Source: Podarcis melisellensis (Eukaryota). From it: a stretch of DNA of 64,000 nucleotides. Below are positions 62,687 to 64,000 of the stretch, piece by piece; positions within the stretch are counted from its first letter, which is position 1; each line of letters begins with the position of its first letter. The stretch lies in the NCBI GenBank assembly GCA_964234715.1, contig OZ174283.1. One strand, written 5' to 3'. The translations under genes were made by a program, and so were the position numbers. The notes beneath the pieces were generated by a model, which saw only the letters and a list, made by a program, of their open reading frames with translations, was not told the DNA's origin and made no database searches.

Positions 62687-64000
62687 TAAGGTGCTACTGG
62701 GCAATTTTTTAAAAATCAACAGATCTACTCACCTCCAATTCGGATGACATGCTACACCAAAGGACTGGGAAGGAGCAAAATGGCTGGGACCTCCTACCAA
62801 TGAGCAGGAAAATTTACACATTTGTGCTAAGCTTAGCAGTATGTGCGACTGCAGCCAGTGTCTTAGAATATGAGTGTACTCCATTTCAGCTGTCTGGGTG
62901 GGATGAAAGGCCATCTATCTGAGAGCATCCCTTGAGTCAGGCAGAGATTACACAACAGGATAGACAGGCACTGCCCATGTGACTGTGTGTGCCTACAGGC
63001 AGACATGTTATGCTCTATGTGTGTCAGGGAATCATGCATCATTCCTGTAACTCATCATGCATACAACTTGGATGCTGGGCTGTGGTCATATGTTAACTGA
63101 CCCTGAGTAATTTTTTGATCGAGTTACATGTATGCATTCATGTGTGAATGAATTCACAGATTCAGTCTCGACTAGGAATGATAATGCTTTGTGTGCAGAG
63201 TCCCAGGTTTACAATCCCTCACATTTCCAGGTAGAGCTGGAAGACCTAAAAGCCCACTGCTGCCAGCCAGTGTCAACAATGCTGGGGTGTGTGTGTGGTC
63301 TATCGGTAGAAGGCAGCTTCCTATGTTCCTAATTTGCACACTTTCCTCCTTTTCTACACATTTATCACAGATTTCTCCTTGTCTTTTCTTAAAGCCCAGA
63401 ATACATCGTACCTCCAGGTCCCCCCTCTCTTTGACATGCGCTCTCTCTCTTTCTGTGTCTCTCTTTCACCCCACCCCCACCCCATCCCACCCTCTCAAAG
63501 GAGCGATCCATGCCTGAACAGTCAGGTGCAGGGCAGGATGAGATGCAGAAGCCATACAACTGCCTTGTCCGGGCAATTTTCTTGGAAAGAACTGAAGAGA
63601 ATTTTCATCTGCTTTGCTGGTTGAAATAGGATTTTGTGGAGACCTATAAATTTTCTGGTCCATCCTATTCCAGTAAATATATAGCCTAGAGTTTGCAGGC
63701 AGCATTTCAAACTTCAAATGTGCATTGCACACGATATGCTTGGAATAGGGTGGCATTGTGTCCAATTTAGCCATGCATCCATATATTTATTTACCTACTT
63801 ACTTAGTTTCAACTTCCATTATAACATAAGGAAAGCCTGCCATTTTTTTTCATAATGGGAGGGAAGGGGGAATGGAATACCTGGAAATGGATTTGAAATA
63901 CTCCATCCTGTTCAGGCTATCAGACCCCCTATGGCTTTGTTGCTATCAGCTGAAAGTCAGAAAACTCTGAACCTGTTAAAGAATCAAGAAGATTCAAAAC

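Larger units (their letters stand above)
60481..62710. mobile_element. Penelope-like inverted-repeat insert hosting nested SINEs and an L1
   Basis: Outer TSD AAAAATCAACAGAT at 60467-60480 and 62711-62724; inverted arms 60528-60573 versus 61076-61111 plus 62699-62710. Confidence 0.75.

Overview
Vertebrate DNA, almost certainly from a squamate reptile. Sauria/Squam SINEs, BovB, CR1 and Penelope remnants point to a lacertid lizard; this is inference. One protein-coding gene is present: CXXC4 (IDAX) on the minus strand. Its main coding exon runs from ATG 14273 to about 13101 in a CpG island, with a probable non-coding first exon and CpG-island promoter at about 17.5-19 kb. I did not find the short last exon (RTPVPSAEAFRWFF-like), so it probably lies left of the window. 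Two N-runs hide the most conserved coding parts, including the CXXC zinc finger, and their lengths equal the expected orthologous lengths exactly. Positions 19-64 kb are a gene desert of SINEs, LINE fragments, MITEs and candidate conserved non-coding elements. Most notable: hammerhead-ribozyme motifs in Penelope-like fragments, including an intact core in a 117-nt TSD-flanked insert at 22.6 kb; a triple-nested Penelope > Sauria SINE > L1 stack with all TSDs readable (60.5-62.7 kb); and CXXC4 isoform and translation-control features (uORF, ATG-to-CTG at the short-IDAX start, intronic read-through with poly(A) signals, 25-Gly tract). Family names are recognised from memory, not from database searches.
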